A stretch of 57,159 nt of DNA, taken from IMG/VR virus record IMGVR_UViG_3300005294_000044, positions 1-57,159 of that record, one strand, 5' to 3'. The translations under genes and the position numbers were made by a program. Shown here piece by piece: positions 45,318 to 54,732 of this stretch; positions within the stretch are counted from its first letter, which is position 1; each line of letters begins with the position of its first letter. The notes under the pieces were generated by a model. It did not search any database and was not told where the DNA came from. It saw only the letters and a program-made list of their open reading frames with translations. The stretch comes from a virus. Taxonomy: Duplodnaviria > Caudoviricetes.

Positions 45318-47612
45318 TCAGAGGAGTCGGCCCAGGTCGTAAAGCTCCTGGCCGAGACGGAAATCGTACTTGCCTGGATCCGACACCCGCATCCGTCGTT
45401 TCTCCCCCGCCATCAGGTATCGACAGGCATGGACCAGGGCGTCCATCCGGTCCGGGGAATCGCGGGTGGACTCGGGATCGAACAGAACCATCTGGTTCTC
45501 CAGCTCCTCGAATTCCGCGCACTGGGACAGGTCCACTACACCACAGGTGCAGACCATATGCAGGCGTCCCTGTTCGTTACGCATAGCCACCGGCTCGGCC
45601 CGGGTCTTCTTCCCGTGCTTGGAATCCACACCCTTCATGGGGGGGGTGGTGCCGGGCGGGAACAGCCTTTCCTCGTCGCGTAGTTCCACGTACGCATCCT
45701 GGAGCACTTCCTGCATCCAGCGCTTACCCAGGTTGGTTTCATAGACGAGAAGATCTGCTCGGTACTGGGCCAGGACCCGCCACATGTGAATAGCAGCCGC
45801 TCGACCAGTGCCAGGGAAGCTGTGATCTGCGAGCACGAACATTTCGTCCGCCGGGTCCCGACCCACCACCACGATCCCGGTCTCGGCCTCTTCGCCGGTG
45901 AGGTTCGGGTCCACTCCCACAACGCGGGCAACCAACTCATCGGGAACTCCTACGATCCGGTTGCGGTAGATGTCCATCCGTTTGAACAGTCCGCCCCCGG
46001 TGGCGTCAAGCATCTTGCCGTACAACTCCTGCTCACCCAGGGCGGTGCCGGCGTAGCGGTTCTTCAGCTCCCGCAGCACGTGCTGGGACAGGTTGTCAGC
46101 ATTGTCGAAGGTGGATCCACCCATGACGTGGACGGTCCCGTCACTGCGGGACAGCCATTCGATCAGGAGCTTGATCGGCTTGGGGGTGGTGGTGACGAAT
46201 GCCCGTGGGTGATCGTCGACAAGGTCGATGCGGAGCGAAGGCAAGATGCCTTCATACCAAGACTCGTATGGCTTGGGCCACTTGGCTAACTCGTCGCAGT
46301 TGTGGATCTTGATACGACCTGAACCAGCGAAGAACTCGGGAACATTCTCCACGACCAGGTCAAAGACATCAGCGGGGTTGATCTCCCGCTCTACGTGCAG
46401 CACGACCACTGGCACCGTATCTACGGGCTGATTCTCGTCGACAGTCGTCTGAACAGCGTTTGGCTCGCATCCCGGTACTGAGGAAGGTACTACCGCACAT
46501 GTCGCAGATAACTGGACGCGGTTCCCGTCGTTGCCAGTAGGCCCGGAGCCGGTCGCGAACCGCCTCTGGTGTCTGGTGTCTCGTCCACGCATCATCGTCT
46601 CGTTGCAGGGCAGTAAGTCTGCGATGGTCTGAGATGGTGAGAAGTTCAAGGTTCGATAGGGAGTTGTTACTTCGGCTTCGATCGATGTGATGGATCTCGT
46701 AGCCCTCGGGGATGACTCCATGGACGCTGATCCAGACGGCTCGATGCAGGAGCATCCCGTCTCGGTTGTAGTAGTACCTGGCCCGCTTGTTGTAGAACCA
46801 GGACTCTCCTCCCCACTCGAAGAAGGCGGGGGCTGAGGATGGCACAGGATCTGCGTATCCATTTTGGATGACCATGACGATAAGGTATCACCAATATGGA
46901 CCTGATCTGCTCTTACCCAAGATCCATTAGCCCATATTCGGTGATCGCCGGTGACGGCAACGGAACCTTGCGAGGTGTGTATGCGGAGTACTTGGGCACC
47001 CTTGCCGGACAACCCGCTTCGAAGCACCCGCCGCCATCCCTGAGTGGTCGCCACCAAATCTCCGGGCTGAACGTTTTCTATGCTTACTGGGCCCTTGAGG
47101 GTGACGACAGGTTCGCCCTCAGCCACGCACCAACAGCCCGAGGCGTTGTATCCACGCCCCACATCCTCGTCATCCGCACCTTCCGCGTAGACCTTCACCC
47201 CATCCGGGAACAGGACCATGGGACGGGGGGACTGCTTGTAGCGGTGGGGCATCTTGCGCCGGTCCAGAACGGAGAGCATGCCAGCCGGCCCGTCCATACA
47301 GATGGTGCGGGTATCGGCCAGAGTCTCCCCGATGACCAACCACTCGGTGGGGCGCCCAGCTCGGTCGACCGGGTGCTTCTGGATCTGGTCAGTGAGCCAC
47401 TCCGAACCGGCCCGACTCTTCCCCCAACCTCTGCCGGCAAGAGCCAGGGCGACCAGCCAGTCCCCAGGTGGGGGGATCTGCTCCGGTCGGGCGACCCACC
47501 ACCACTCTCCCCGGGCCATCTCCTCCAGGGCCAGGTCGGACTGTTCCGACAGCCACTGTTCCCGGACATCTGTCGGAAGTCGGGAAACTCGTTTGAGAAG
47601 GGACAGGCCCAC
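45318..47612 (-). CDS. terL: Terminase large subunit containing an intein
   Basis: Walker A AGRGWGKS; spliced Walker B GCWCDE; TTTPK; GEQELYG; VGVDP; SPDRMDA; likely GTG start at 47612. Confidence 0.93.
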   Translation of the reverse strand: MGLSLLKRVSRLPTDVREQWLSEQSDLALEEMARGEWWWVARPEQIPPPGDWLVALALAGRGWGKSRAGSEWLTDQIQKHPVDRAGRPTEWLVIGETLADTRTICMDGPAGMLSVLDRRKMPHRYKQSPRPMVLFPDGVKVYAEGADDEDVGRGYNASGCWCVAEGEPVVTLKGPVSIENVQPGDLVATTQGWRRVLRSGLSGKGAQVLRIHTSQGSVAVTGDHRIWANGSWVRADQVHIGDTLSSWSSKMDTQILCHPQPPPSSSGEESPGSTTSGPGTTTTETGCSCIEPSGSASMESSPRATRSITSIEAEVTTPYRTLNFSPSQTIADLLPCNETMMRGRDTRHQRRFATGSGPTGNDGNRVQLSATCAVVPSSVPGCEPNAVQTTVDENQPVDTVPVVVLHVEREINPADVFDLVVENVPEFFAGSGRIKIHNCDELAKWPKPYESWYEGILPSLRIDLVDDHPRAFVTTTPKPIKLLIEWLSRSDGTVHVMGGSTFDNADNLSQHVLRELKNRYAGTALGEQELYGKMLDATGGGLFKRMDIYRNRIVGVPDELVARVVGVDPNLTGEEAETGIVVVGRDPADEMFVLADHSFPGTGRAAAIHMWRVLAQYRADLLVYETNLGKRWMQEVLQDAYVELRDEERLFPPGTTPPMKGVDSKHGKKTRAEPVAMRNEQGRLHMVCTCGVVDLSQCAEFEELENQMVLFDPESTRDSPDRMDALVHACRYLMAGEKRRMRVSDPGKYDFRLGQELYDLGRLL
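46299..47129 (-). mobile_element. Intein (277 aa) in the TerL Walker B motif
   Basis: GCW|CVAEGEPV...TGDHRIW...VFDLVVE...FFA....IHN|CDELAKW. Confidence 0.92.
46369..46875 (-). CDS. HNH endonuclease nested out of frame inside the TerL intein
   Basis: LHRAVW...G.IPEGYEIHHID....NN...NLELL...H plus CDMCG...CS..C; own ATG and stop; frame differs from TerL. Confidence 0.85.
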   Translation of the reverse strand: MVIQNGYADPVPSSAPAFFEWGGESWFYNKRARYYYNRDGMLLHRAVWISVHGVIPEGYEIHHIDRSRSNNSLSNLELLTISDHRRLTALQRDDDAWTRHQTPEAVRDRLRAYWQRREPRPVICDMCGSTFLSTGMRAKRCSDDCRRESARRYGASGRAARRAGDQPR

Positions 47613-47706
47613 GAGATGATCATAAACGGCCTGTAGTATCAAAGGACCACCCGGCGTCTTTGGCGCCGGGCTTCTTTTGTCGTATCCAGGGGGTACCCTG
47701 ATCAAC

Positions 47707-48129
47707 ATGACTTCCGAAATGATTGAACACGTTCTTCTTGGCCGTGAAGTGGTAGAAGACGGCCGTCTCAAGCAGCTTCGCGAGCAGCTCGGATTTTCGG
47801 TGAACATCATGTCCGAGGTGCTCTACATGAATGCTGTCAGCTACCGACGTTGGGAATCTGGCACTGGTGCGGCCCTTCGTCCCTCTATTGCCGAGCGACT
47901 CGGTCGGTTCTATATCCAGGCCAATAAGGCGCTGGAGTTGCTGAGCGAACAGGGCCTGGACCTAGGGGGACTAATTCCGTTTCATCTGGTCGCCGGGGCC
48001 GCTGGGCTTCCCCATGAAATCCTGCTCCAGCACTGTCGCCAGGGTCGGGTCAACGGAGTGGACCTGGGCATCCTGGGGATGTGGCTTCGTCGCAGTGATC
48101 TGGACAAGTTCATGGCGGATGTGCGATGA
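47707..48129 (+). CDS. XRE-like HTH DNA-binding protein
   Basis: LKQLREQLG.S...MSE.L.....SYRRWESG; divergent from terL; likely start 47707. Confidence 0.75.
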   Translation: MTSEMIEHVLLGREVVEDGRLKQLREQLGFSVNIMSEVLYMNAVSYRRWESGTGAALRPSIAERLGRFYIQANKALELLSEQGLDLGGLIPFHLVAGAAGLPHEILLQHCRQGRVNGVDLGILGMWLRRSDLDKFMADVR

Positions 48130-48959
48130 CCTTTGTCAACTGCCCGATCTGTCAGACCCCGGTTGATCCAGCAGCTGGCACCACCCATCCAGGTTGCGCC
48201 CCTTGGGCCGATGCTGGAGAAAATCCTGATGCAGCCCTGTTGAAACATGAACTTATGCAAATGATTCTATGGGCTGATCGGGATGCCCCCCGCTCCCGGC
48301 AGAAGATGATCGGACCCTCGCAGATCGGCGTGGTCTGTGACCGTCGCATCGGCTACCAGGTCGCCGAGATCCCTGAGGTCAATGTGGACGATGACCCGTG
48401 GCCAGCAATCGTGGGCACTGCAATCCACACCTGGCTGGATGCTGCGGTGACCAACTGGAATCTGGCCAACTCCTCCACTCGCTGGGTGACCGAGCGGACC
48501 CTTCCGGTGACCGATTTGATCACTGGCCGGGGTGATCTTTTCGATACTCACCGGGGCGTGGTCATCGACCATAAGGGGGCTGGCTCGACCGTCATGAAGC
48601 AGGTTCGAGTGCAGGGACCAAAGCCTGAACATCAAGTACAGGTTCAGCTTTACGGCCTGGGATACCTGAATCTGGGATACAAGGTCAATAAGGTGGCCGT
48701 CATCTACTACCCCCGTGCCGGATGGTTACGTGACAGCTACTGCTGGGTTGCTGACTTTGATCCGCAAGTGGCCTACGATGCTCTACATCGCCTTGGAGAG
48801 ATCAGTCGCACCGTTATAGGTCTGGACGTGCTGTCTAACCCCCATCGCTGGGAGCAGGTAGACGCTTGGCCCGGTAACGGTTGTGGACTGTGCCCGTGGT
48901 ATGACCCAGGGCGGGACAGCGAGCGCGGAGCAGACGACAGGGGCTGCCCCGGACGGTGA
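48126..48959 (+). CDS. Cas4/RecB-like PD-(D/E)XK exonuclease
   Basis: IGPSQIG..C.R...GTAIH...G..DL....VIDHK...Q.QLYG.G...C..CP. Confidence 0.85.
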   Translation: MTFVNCPICQTPVDPAAGTTHPGCAPWADAGENPDAALLKHELMQMILWADRDAPRSRQKMIGPSQIGVVCDRRIGYQVAEIPEVNVDDDPWPAIVGTAIHTWLDAAVTNWNLANSSTRWVTERTLPVTDLITGRGDLFDTHRGVVIDHKGAGSTVMKQVRVQGPKPEHQVQVQLYGLGYLNLGYKVNKVAVIYYPRAGWLRDSYCWVADFDPQVAYDALHRLGEISRTVIGLDVLSNPHRWEQVDAWPGNGCGLCPWYDPGRDSERGADDRGCPGR

Positions 48960-49573
48960 CGAGTAGAGACGGAGAACGAGACGTGGAAGAGGAATGGGGA
49001 GAACCCAATCTTTCCGGCGATCGGCTCAACCCCCGCGAGATCGTGGGACACCTGCTGATCCTGTGGCCGGTGGACTACATCGCCCACAGCCCGACCAAGT
49101 TCACCCGACCGGACAAGCCCAGTGACGCCGTCATCCTGGATGTGTGTGACCTGGATCTCCCCGATGAGGTGGGCGTACCCGGGAAACTGTGCCGGCGGGT
49201 GTGGTGGCGTCAGTCGCGGCTCATCATGATGCTCAAGGAGAAGATCGGCATCCGGATGCTCTGCCTCATGACCCAGGGCACCGCTAGTACCGGGTTCAAT
49301 GCACCGTTCGAACTGATCTCGGTGCTGTCTGATCCAGACTGTCGGGCCCGAGCCGAGACCTGGCTCAAGGCCAATCCGGACTTCTGCCCCAGTACCCCGG
49401 CCAATAAGCCGCAGCCTGGTTCCATCAGTGCGGTAGCGGCGCCGGCCGAGGTGCCATACGTGGCCCCGACCACCAACGTGGCTGCGATGACCACTCTGGA
49501 GCGACTGGCCCGCCAGTCCCAACAGGGGGTCCATCTGCCACCGCCTCCGCCGCGCGAAGGCATCCCTTACTGA
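48956..49573 (+). CDS. Probable ssDNA-binding/recombination accessory protein
   Basis: Between nuclease and primase; beta-rich core with a Pro-rich tail ending IPY (inference). Confidence 0.5.
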   Translation: MTSRDGERDVEEEWGEPNLSGDRLNPREIVGHLLILWPVDYIAHSPTKFTRPDKPSDAVILDVCDLDLPDEVGVPGKLCRRVWWRQSRLIMMLKEKIGIRMLCLMTQGTASTGFNAPFELISVLSDPDCRARAETWLKANPDFCPSTPANKPQPGSISAVAAPAEVPYVAPTTNVAAMTTLERLARQSQQGVHLPPPPPREGIPY

Positions 49574-49694
49574 CTGGCGCGCCACTGGCGCAACCAGCCG
49601 ATCAGGATGATGATGTAGGACTACAGGGCCGTAAACCACTGATGGCCCCCATACCTCAGCAGGAGGGGCCATCAGTGTGGAACGAGGAGATGCG

Positions 49695-52124
49695 ATGAGC
49701 TTAGCAGAAGCTGCCCGCACATGGCATCTTGCCGGCGTGTCGACGATACCGGTGATGGCGAATGGCACTAAACGTCCAGCCGTTCGCTGGGGTGAATACA
49801 TCGCGGCCCCACCCTCAATGGAGAAGGTCAATTACTGGTGGGGTAACGGCCAGGAGTATGGACTGGCCTTGATCTGCGGAAAGGTCTCCGGCGGCCTGGA
49901 GATGACCGAGCTGGAGGCACGGGCCGCCGAGCCCGATCAGCTCACCAAGATTGCCGCCGAGATGACCACTCCGGACCTTTCCGGGATCTGGGAGATCTTG
50001 TGTCAGGGATACATGGAGTGGACCCCTTCCGGGGGCATCCACTTCCTGTACCGGATCTCTGATCATGATGTTCCGGGCAACGAGAAGATCGCCCAAGACG
50101 CCTCAAACCACGTCATGGCCGAGACCCGGGGCGAGGGCGGCTACGTCATCGTGGCCCCCACCTCGGGCCCGGTGCATGCCACCGGGGAGCCGTGGACGCT
50201 GGTTCATGGCAGCTTCGGCAAGGTCCCCGAGATCACCTGGGAGCAGCGCTGCCTGTTCCACCAAGCCCTGCGTGCCGCGCTAGACTCGCGTGCGGTGGTT
50301 CCGGTTCCTCCATCCCAGATCCACCCATCGGCCCCGCTCCCGATCACGTCCCCCCCGGGGCGCCGGTTGAGCGGGGCCACCTTAACCCCGGGTGATGATT
50401 TCGAGCTGCGTACCGACTGGGCCGAGATCCTGGAGCCGCACGGCTGGTCCCTGGAGCATGCTCGGGGTCAGGAGCGGCACTGGACCCGGCCAGGGAAGAA
50501 TCCTCGGGAGGGAGCTTCGGCCACCACCGGCCGGGCCAACGATCGGGACCGTCTGTACGTTTTCAGCACCTCCACGGTCTTTGAGGCGAATACCTGTTAC
50601 ACGAAGTTCGCCGCTCACGCCATTTTGAACTTCGGGGGGAACTTCCACGCTGCTGCGGTTGAGCTAGCATCCAGGGGATATGGGTCCCGTGCGGTTACGC
50701 CACCAGAACTGGAAGAGTGGATCATCGATGGAGTGGAGTACGTAGATCCGTACTACCGCAACAACGATGACGGAAACGGACGCTACTTGAGAGACCGCAT
50801 CAGAAACCGGTACGCCTACGTGCGCCAGGAGCGGCAGTTCTACGTCTGGGACGGCAAGGTCTGGGCTCCTGACCTGGGCAACAGCATCGAGTATGAGTTC
50901 AAGATCCTGGCCCGGGAGATGTGTGACCGGGCCGAGGCCAACGGGGACGAGAAGGCGCTGAAACGCTGGATTCTGGCCGGCAACATGGCCCGGATCCAGG
51001 CGGCCGTCAACGCCCTGAAGACTGAGCCGACCATGACCATCGGGACCGAGGATCTGAACCCGGACCGGCACCTGGTCAACCTGGACAACGGCATCCTGGA
51101 TCTTGAAGACGGACAACTGCACCCCCACGACCCGGGTAAGCGCATGACCCGGACCATGGGTGCCGCCTTCGACCCGCAGGCCGCCTGTCCCAACTTCGAC
51201 CAGTTCATCGAACAAGTCCTGCCTGATGAGGCAACCCGGGACTATGTCCAGCGGGCGGTGGGCTACACCCTGCTCGGGGACGCTGACCAGCGGGCCATGT
51301 TCCTGATCCATGGACCCTCCGGAACAGGCAAGAGCCAGTTCGTTCGGATCATGGAGATGGTCTTCGGGGACTACGCGGCCACCGCACCACCAGGCACGTT
51401 CAAAATGTCCCGGGACAAGGCCCCCTCCAATGATCTTCACCGCCTGCGGGGTCGTCGCTTCGTCTCCACCTCCGAGACCGCCGACAACGCCAGCTTCGAT
51501 GAGGATCTGCTGAAGCGGATCACCGGCCGAGACCAGATCTCTTCCCGGGGCCTGTACCAGGAGTATCAGGAGTGGACGCCGGAGTGTTCCCTGTGGCTGG
51601 CCACCAACCATCCCCCTCGGTTCAACTCTGATGACGATGCCATCTGGCGTCGGGCCAAGCTGATCCCGTTCACGACCCAGTTCGGCCGCGAGCAGGTGGA
51701 AATCCCCGACATCGCCCGGAAGATCTTGCAGGCGGAGTCTGACGGGATCCTGAACTGGATCTTGGAGGGTGTGCGTGAATTCCAGGCCCGGGGTCTAGAT
51801 GAACCGGACCCGATCCGCCGTAGCTCATCGGAGCACCGCTCCAAGTCCGACTCGGTGGTCCGGTTCCTGGACGACAAGATCAACGATGGGGTGCTGGTCC
51901 TGCAAGAGCATGAACGGGTCAGCCTGCTGGAGCTGTACAACATGTACTCGACCTGGAGCCAGTCGGTAGGCGAGCACCGGCTGGGCAGCCGTCGCTTCAT
52001 GCGGCGCCTGGAGTCCTGCGACTACCCCATCACCCGGACCCCTGAGGATCAGCCGGGTACGGCCTTCTGGATCGGTCTGGGCCGTGCCCGCATGGCCAGC
52101 CTGCTGGGTTCCTTCATGACTTGA
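49695..52124 (+). CDS. Bifunctional primase-polymerase / SF3 (D5, P4-like) helicase
   Basis: K.PAV.W..Y, TPSGG.H, ETRGEGGYV..APT; GPSGTGKS; ITG.D.I..R.LY; TNH.P; D.AIWRR. Confidence 0.92.
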   Translation: MSLAEAARTWHLAGVSTIPVMANGTKRPAVRWGEYIAAPPSMEKVNYWWGNGQEYGLALICGKVSGGLEMTELEARAAEPDQLTKIAAEMTTPDLSGIWEILCQGYMEWTPSGGIHFLYRISDHDVPGNEKIAQDASNHVMAETRGEGGYVIVAPTSGPVHATGEPWTLVHGSFGKVPEITWEQRCLFHQALRAALDSRAVVPVPPSQIHPSAPLPITSPPGRRLSGATLTPGDDFELRTDWAEILEPHGWSLEHARGQERHWTRPGKNPREGASATTGRANDRDRLYVFSTSTVFEANTCYTKFAAHAILNFGGNFHAAAVELASRGYGSRAVTPPELEEWIIDGVEYVDPYYRNNDDGNGRYLRDRIRNRYAYVRQERQFYVWDGKVWAPDLGNSIEYEFKILAREMCDRAEANGDEKALKRWILAGNMARIQAAVNALKTEPTMTIGTEDLNPDRHLVNLDNGILDLEDGQLHPHDPGKRMTRTMGAAFDPQAACPNFDQFIEQVLPDEATRDYVQRAVGYTLLGDADQRAMFLIHGPSGTGKSQFVRIMEMVFGDYAATAPPGTFKMSRDKAPSNDLHRLRGRRFVSTSETADNASFDEDLLKRITGRDQISSRGLYQEYQEWTPECSLWLATNHPPRFNSDDDAIWRRAKLIPFTTQFGREQVEIPDIARKILQAESDGILNWILEGVREFQARGLDEPDPIRRSSSEHRSKSDSVVRFLDDKINDGVLVLQEHERVSLLELYNMYSTWSQSVGEHRLGSRRFMRRLESCDYPITRTPEDQPGTAFWIGLGRARMASLLGSFMT

Positions 52125-52149
52125 CAGTCCCTCGTGGACGAGCTACGTT
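52121..52149 (+). promoter_or_regulatory. Sigma70-type promoter
   Basis: TTGACA-N17-TACGTT upstream of the GGAGG RBS. Confidence 0.7.
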
Positions 52150-52195
52150 GGGCTCGTAAGCAAGGGGGTACTCCCCTAGATGGAGGAGTTCGTGA

Positions 52196-53020
52196 ATGGT
52201 CGAAGATGTAGACATTGACTCATTGATCATCGATCGTCCCATCCGAACGGGACCCGTTGAGGTTCAGGCGGCCCTGGAACAATCGATCAAAAAAGTGGGG
52301 ATACAGCAACCCCTCGTCGCCCGTCCGGACCATGTTGTCATCGACGGGGTACGTCGTATCGCTGCGGCCAAGAACCTCGGCATCACGCACGTGCCCGTGG
52401 TAGTGACCAGCGACTTTGATCTGGTCGTCGAAACAATGACCAGCACCCTCAAGGATGGGTTACACGCCGTACCAGCAGATCATTACCGCGCCTGGTACCT
52501 CTACCAGGTGACTCGACCCATACTTGCGGGTGTTGGGTCTCGCCTACGGAGGTGGAAGAAGACACCAGGAATGGCGGGGGTTGTCGCCAGGAAGAACAAT
52601 GACACCGCGTTTAGTCAGCGGGTCTTGCTGGGGGAAGCCATAGGCTATCACCAGGGGAAACTTCAACAGGCGGTCTTCCTGCTCGCCCGGGTGTGGGACC
52701 CAACCCATCCTGACCACGAGCACGCTTTGAAGGTGCTTGAACAGGTAGACAGGGGTGAACTGACAGTTTATTCGGCGGGCCCCAGGGTTCAGTTTCTTCG
52801 TCGCCGCCTAGCAAACCCTTCCTACGAGGAACAGTGGTCGATCCTGACCAATTCGGTCGTAACGATGGGCGCCTCTGTCAAGGCCCTACAAGGGATCTTG
52901 GAGGTGCATGACAAGTTCGCTGCCGAAGAACTGGATCGGTTTATCGACACGTTCATGAAAGATCGGTTCGACCTGTACCAAGTGATCAAGAAACTGCGAC
53001 GCAAACGAGGAGAAAAATGA
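52196..53020 (+). CDS. ParB/Srx N-terminal domain protein
   Basis: L..SI..VGI.QP.V......IDG.RR..A...LG...VPV. Confidence 0.8.
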   Translation: MVEDVDIDSLIIDRPIRTGPVEVQAALEQSIKKVGIQQPLVARPDHVVIDGVRRIAAAKNLGITHVPVVVTSDFDLVVETMTSTLKDGLHAVPADHYRAWYLYQVTRPILAGVGSRLRRWKKTPGMAGVVARKNNDTAFSQRVLLGEAIGYHQGKLQQAVFLLARVWDPTHPDHEHALKVLEQVDRGELTVYSAGPRVQFLRRRLANPSYEEQWSILTNSVVTMGASVKALQGILEVHDKFAAEELDRFIDTFMKDRFDLYQVIKKLRRKRGEK

Positions 53021-53826
53021 GCAGGAACAAGTACAGCGAGGAAGAGATCGGTGTCGGCGCCCTCACCATCGACCACAAGGTTCAGCGGGCCGCGATCGAC
53101 ATGGCCAAGGTGCAGAACATCGTCAGCAACTACAACCCTGACGCCATCGGTGTCATCACCGTGTCACGGCGTGACGAGGACAACCAGGTCGTCCTGGACG
53201 GCTGGCACCGGGTGGAGGCCGTACGCCGCCTGACCGACAACCAGGGGACCGTGCCGGCCCGAGTGTTCGAGGGCCTGACCTTGCAAGAAGAGGCCAGCAT
53301 GTTCCTGGCCCTGAACACCACCAACCAGCCCAAGCTGTACGACCGGTGGAACGTTCGGGTCACCGAGGGCGACCCGGTAGCGGTGGAGGTCACCGAAACG
53401 CTGCGCCACTTCGGCTGGAAGCCGAACAACCAGCAGGCTGACGGCTCCATGTGTGCCATCGGCTCCCTGGAGCGCATCTACCTGCTCTCCGAGAAGGCCC
53501 AGGTGGAACCCAACCTGGTCCACGCCACCATCATGGTGCTGACCAAGGCGTGGGGTCACAACCGCTTCGCCGTGGTGGCACCCATCTTCGAAGGTGTCGG
53601 GCGCCTGATCGCTGAGCACGGCTCCAAGCTGGATCTGACCAACCTGATCGCCGTGCTCAAGGAATACAAGGGCGGCCCTCAGTCCCTGCACCAGGAGGCC
53701 CGGGTGCTGGCCAACCTGCGCAACGTGCGCATTGCGATGGCGGTAGCCGACCAGCTCACCGAGCGGTACAACAAGGGCAAGAAGTCAGAGAAGAATCAAC
53801 TGCCCGCCTGGCGTCACCGGGTGTAG
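53017..53826 (+). CDS. ParB-like domain protein
   Basis: L.ID..VQR......I.......IG...VS.R....LDG.HR..A....EA..F..LN. Confidence 0.8.
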   Translation: MSRNKYSEEEIGVGALTIDHKVQRAAIDMAKVQNIVSNYNPDAIGVITVSRRDEDNQVVLDGWHRVEAVRRLTDNQGTVPARVFEGLTLQEEASMFLALNTTNQPKLYDRWNVRVTEGDPVAVEVTETLRHFGWKPNNQQADGSMCAIGSLERIYLLSEKAQVEPNLVHATIMVLTKAWGHNRFAVVAPIFEGVGRLIAEHGSKLDLTNLIAVLKEYKGGPQSLHQEARVLANLRNVRIAMAVADQLTERYNKGKKSEKNQLPAWRHRV

Positions 53827-53830
53827 ATGC

Positions 53831-53867
53831 AAAGAAGCCCCTACCGGATCCCGGTAGGGGCTTCTTT
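53831..53867. terminator. Bidirectional intrinsic terminator
   Basis: AAAGAAGCCCCTACCGG-ATC-CCGGTAGGGGCTTCTTT between convergent genes. Confidence 0.9.
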
Positions 53868-53874
53868 GTTTGAG

Positions 53875-54579
53875 CTAGTTGACATCGATCAGTTCGGCAC
53901 CGTTGAGACTGCGCAGTTCCTTGGCCAGGGTGCTGGCGTATCCCTCGGATACACCGGCTCGTTGGGCCAGGACCTTGATTGTCACGATCGGGTCCTTCGC
54001 CAGGACTGCCATCACCCGCTCGCGACCGTTAGGTCCCCGCTCCTTCTGGAGCGGAAGCTCCGGCTCCTGGGTCTTGACGACCCGGTTGCCGGCCGCAATG
54101 TACGCCTCCACCTTCTGGATCTGGAAGCCCAGTTCGATGAGTGAAACCGAACCAACGATCATCAGACCGTCGATAGCCAGCGGCAGAAGATACGCCGCGA
54201 GCTGGTCGCCTTCGCTGTGCAGGAAGATGGCGTCACGCTGGTGGAAGTACGACAGGATGGCGGTGATGGCCGCGATCGAGGCGGTGCCAACGACCCGAAG
54301 GATCTTGAACCACCAACTGCGATCAGGGTCCATCGGGATCCGGGTGACGATCTCGAAGGCCACGAACAGGAACGTTGGCGCGACCAGTGAGATGCCGATT
54401 CCGAACGGTGTGTGTGGTGCGTGGAGCACGTTTCCAATGGCTGAGGTGGTGAAGCCGAACGTTGTCGCTGCCCGGCACGCCTTCTTGAGCCACAGGAGCA
54501 TTTCCAGCTTCTTTTCGTGCATGACTACGTTCCCCTTTCTAAGGGCTTTAAGTGATTGGTCCGGGGTTAACGGGGGCAT
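53875..54579 (-). CDS. DUF2637/SpdA-like membrane protein with C-terminal HTH
   Basis: Four TM segments; A..SY.H....F...A...PL.IDGL; LAQRAGVSEGYAS. Confidence 0.7.
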   Translation of the reverse strand: MPPLTPDQSLKALRKGNVVMHEKKLEMLLWLKKACRAATTFGFTTSAIGNVLHAPHTPFGIGISLVAPTFLFVAFEIVTRIPMDPDRSWWFKILRVVGTASIAAITAILSYFHQRDAIFLHSEGDQLAAYLLPLAIDGLMIVGSVSLIELGFQIQKVEAYIAAGNRVVKTQEPELPLQKERGPNGRERVMAVLAKDPIVTIKVLAQRAGVSEGYASTLAKELRSLNGAELIDVN

Positions 54580-54612
54580 AGCCTCGCCCGTTCAACTTCA
54601 CCGGTACCATGA

Positions 54613-54640
54613 ACTGTACCAGGGATCTCTGGGGTGTCAA
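54613..54640 (-). promoter_or_regulatory. Sigma70-type promoter
   Basis: TTGACA-N16-TACAGT with TG extension, - strand. Confidence 0.55.
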
Positions 54641-54651
54641 GGGCTGGGCAG

Positions 54652-54693
54652 AAAAAGAACCACCCTCCCGGCGTGAGCACGGGAGGGTGGTTC
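54652..54693 (-). terminator. Intrinsic terminator
   Basis: GAACCACCCTCCCG/CGGGAGGGTGGTTC stem plus T5 on the - strand. Confidence 0.8.
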
Positions 54694-54732
54694 GTGGGGG
54701 AGGCTCCCCCCGGAAGGGGGCCGGTATCTATC

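Noticed and set aside
47613-47810. N-terminal extension of TerL in the ORF track
   Set aside because: It overlaps the divergent HTH gene; GTG 47612 with TATGAT-N6 is a better start.
48126-48959. Cas4-like gene as evidence of a CRISPR system
   Set aside because: No repeat-spacer array or other cas genes; stand-alone Cas4-like nucleases are common in phage replication modules.
49637-49679. Hairpin upstream of the primase as a replication origin
   Set aside because: The inverted repeat is real, but it could equally be a terminator or RBS-sequestering stem; nothing in the sequence distinguishes these.
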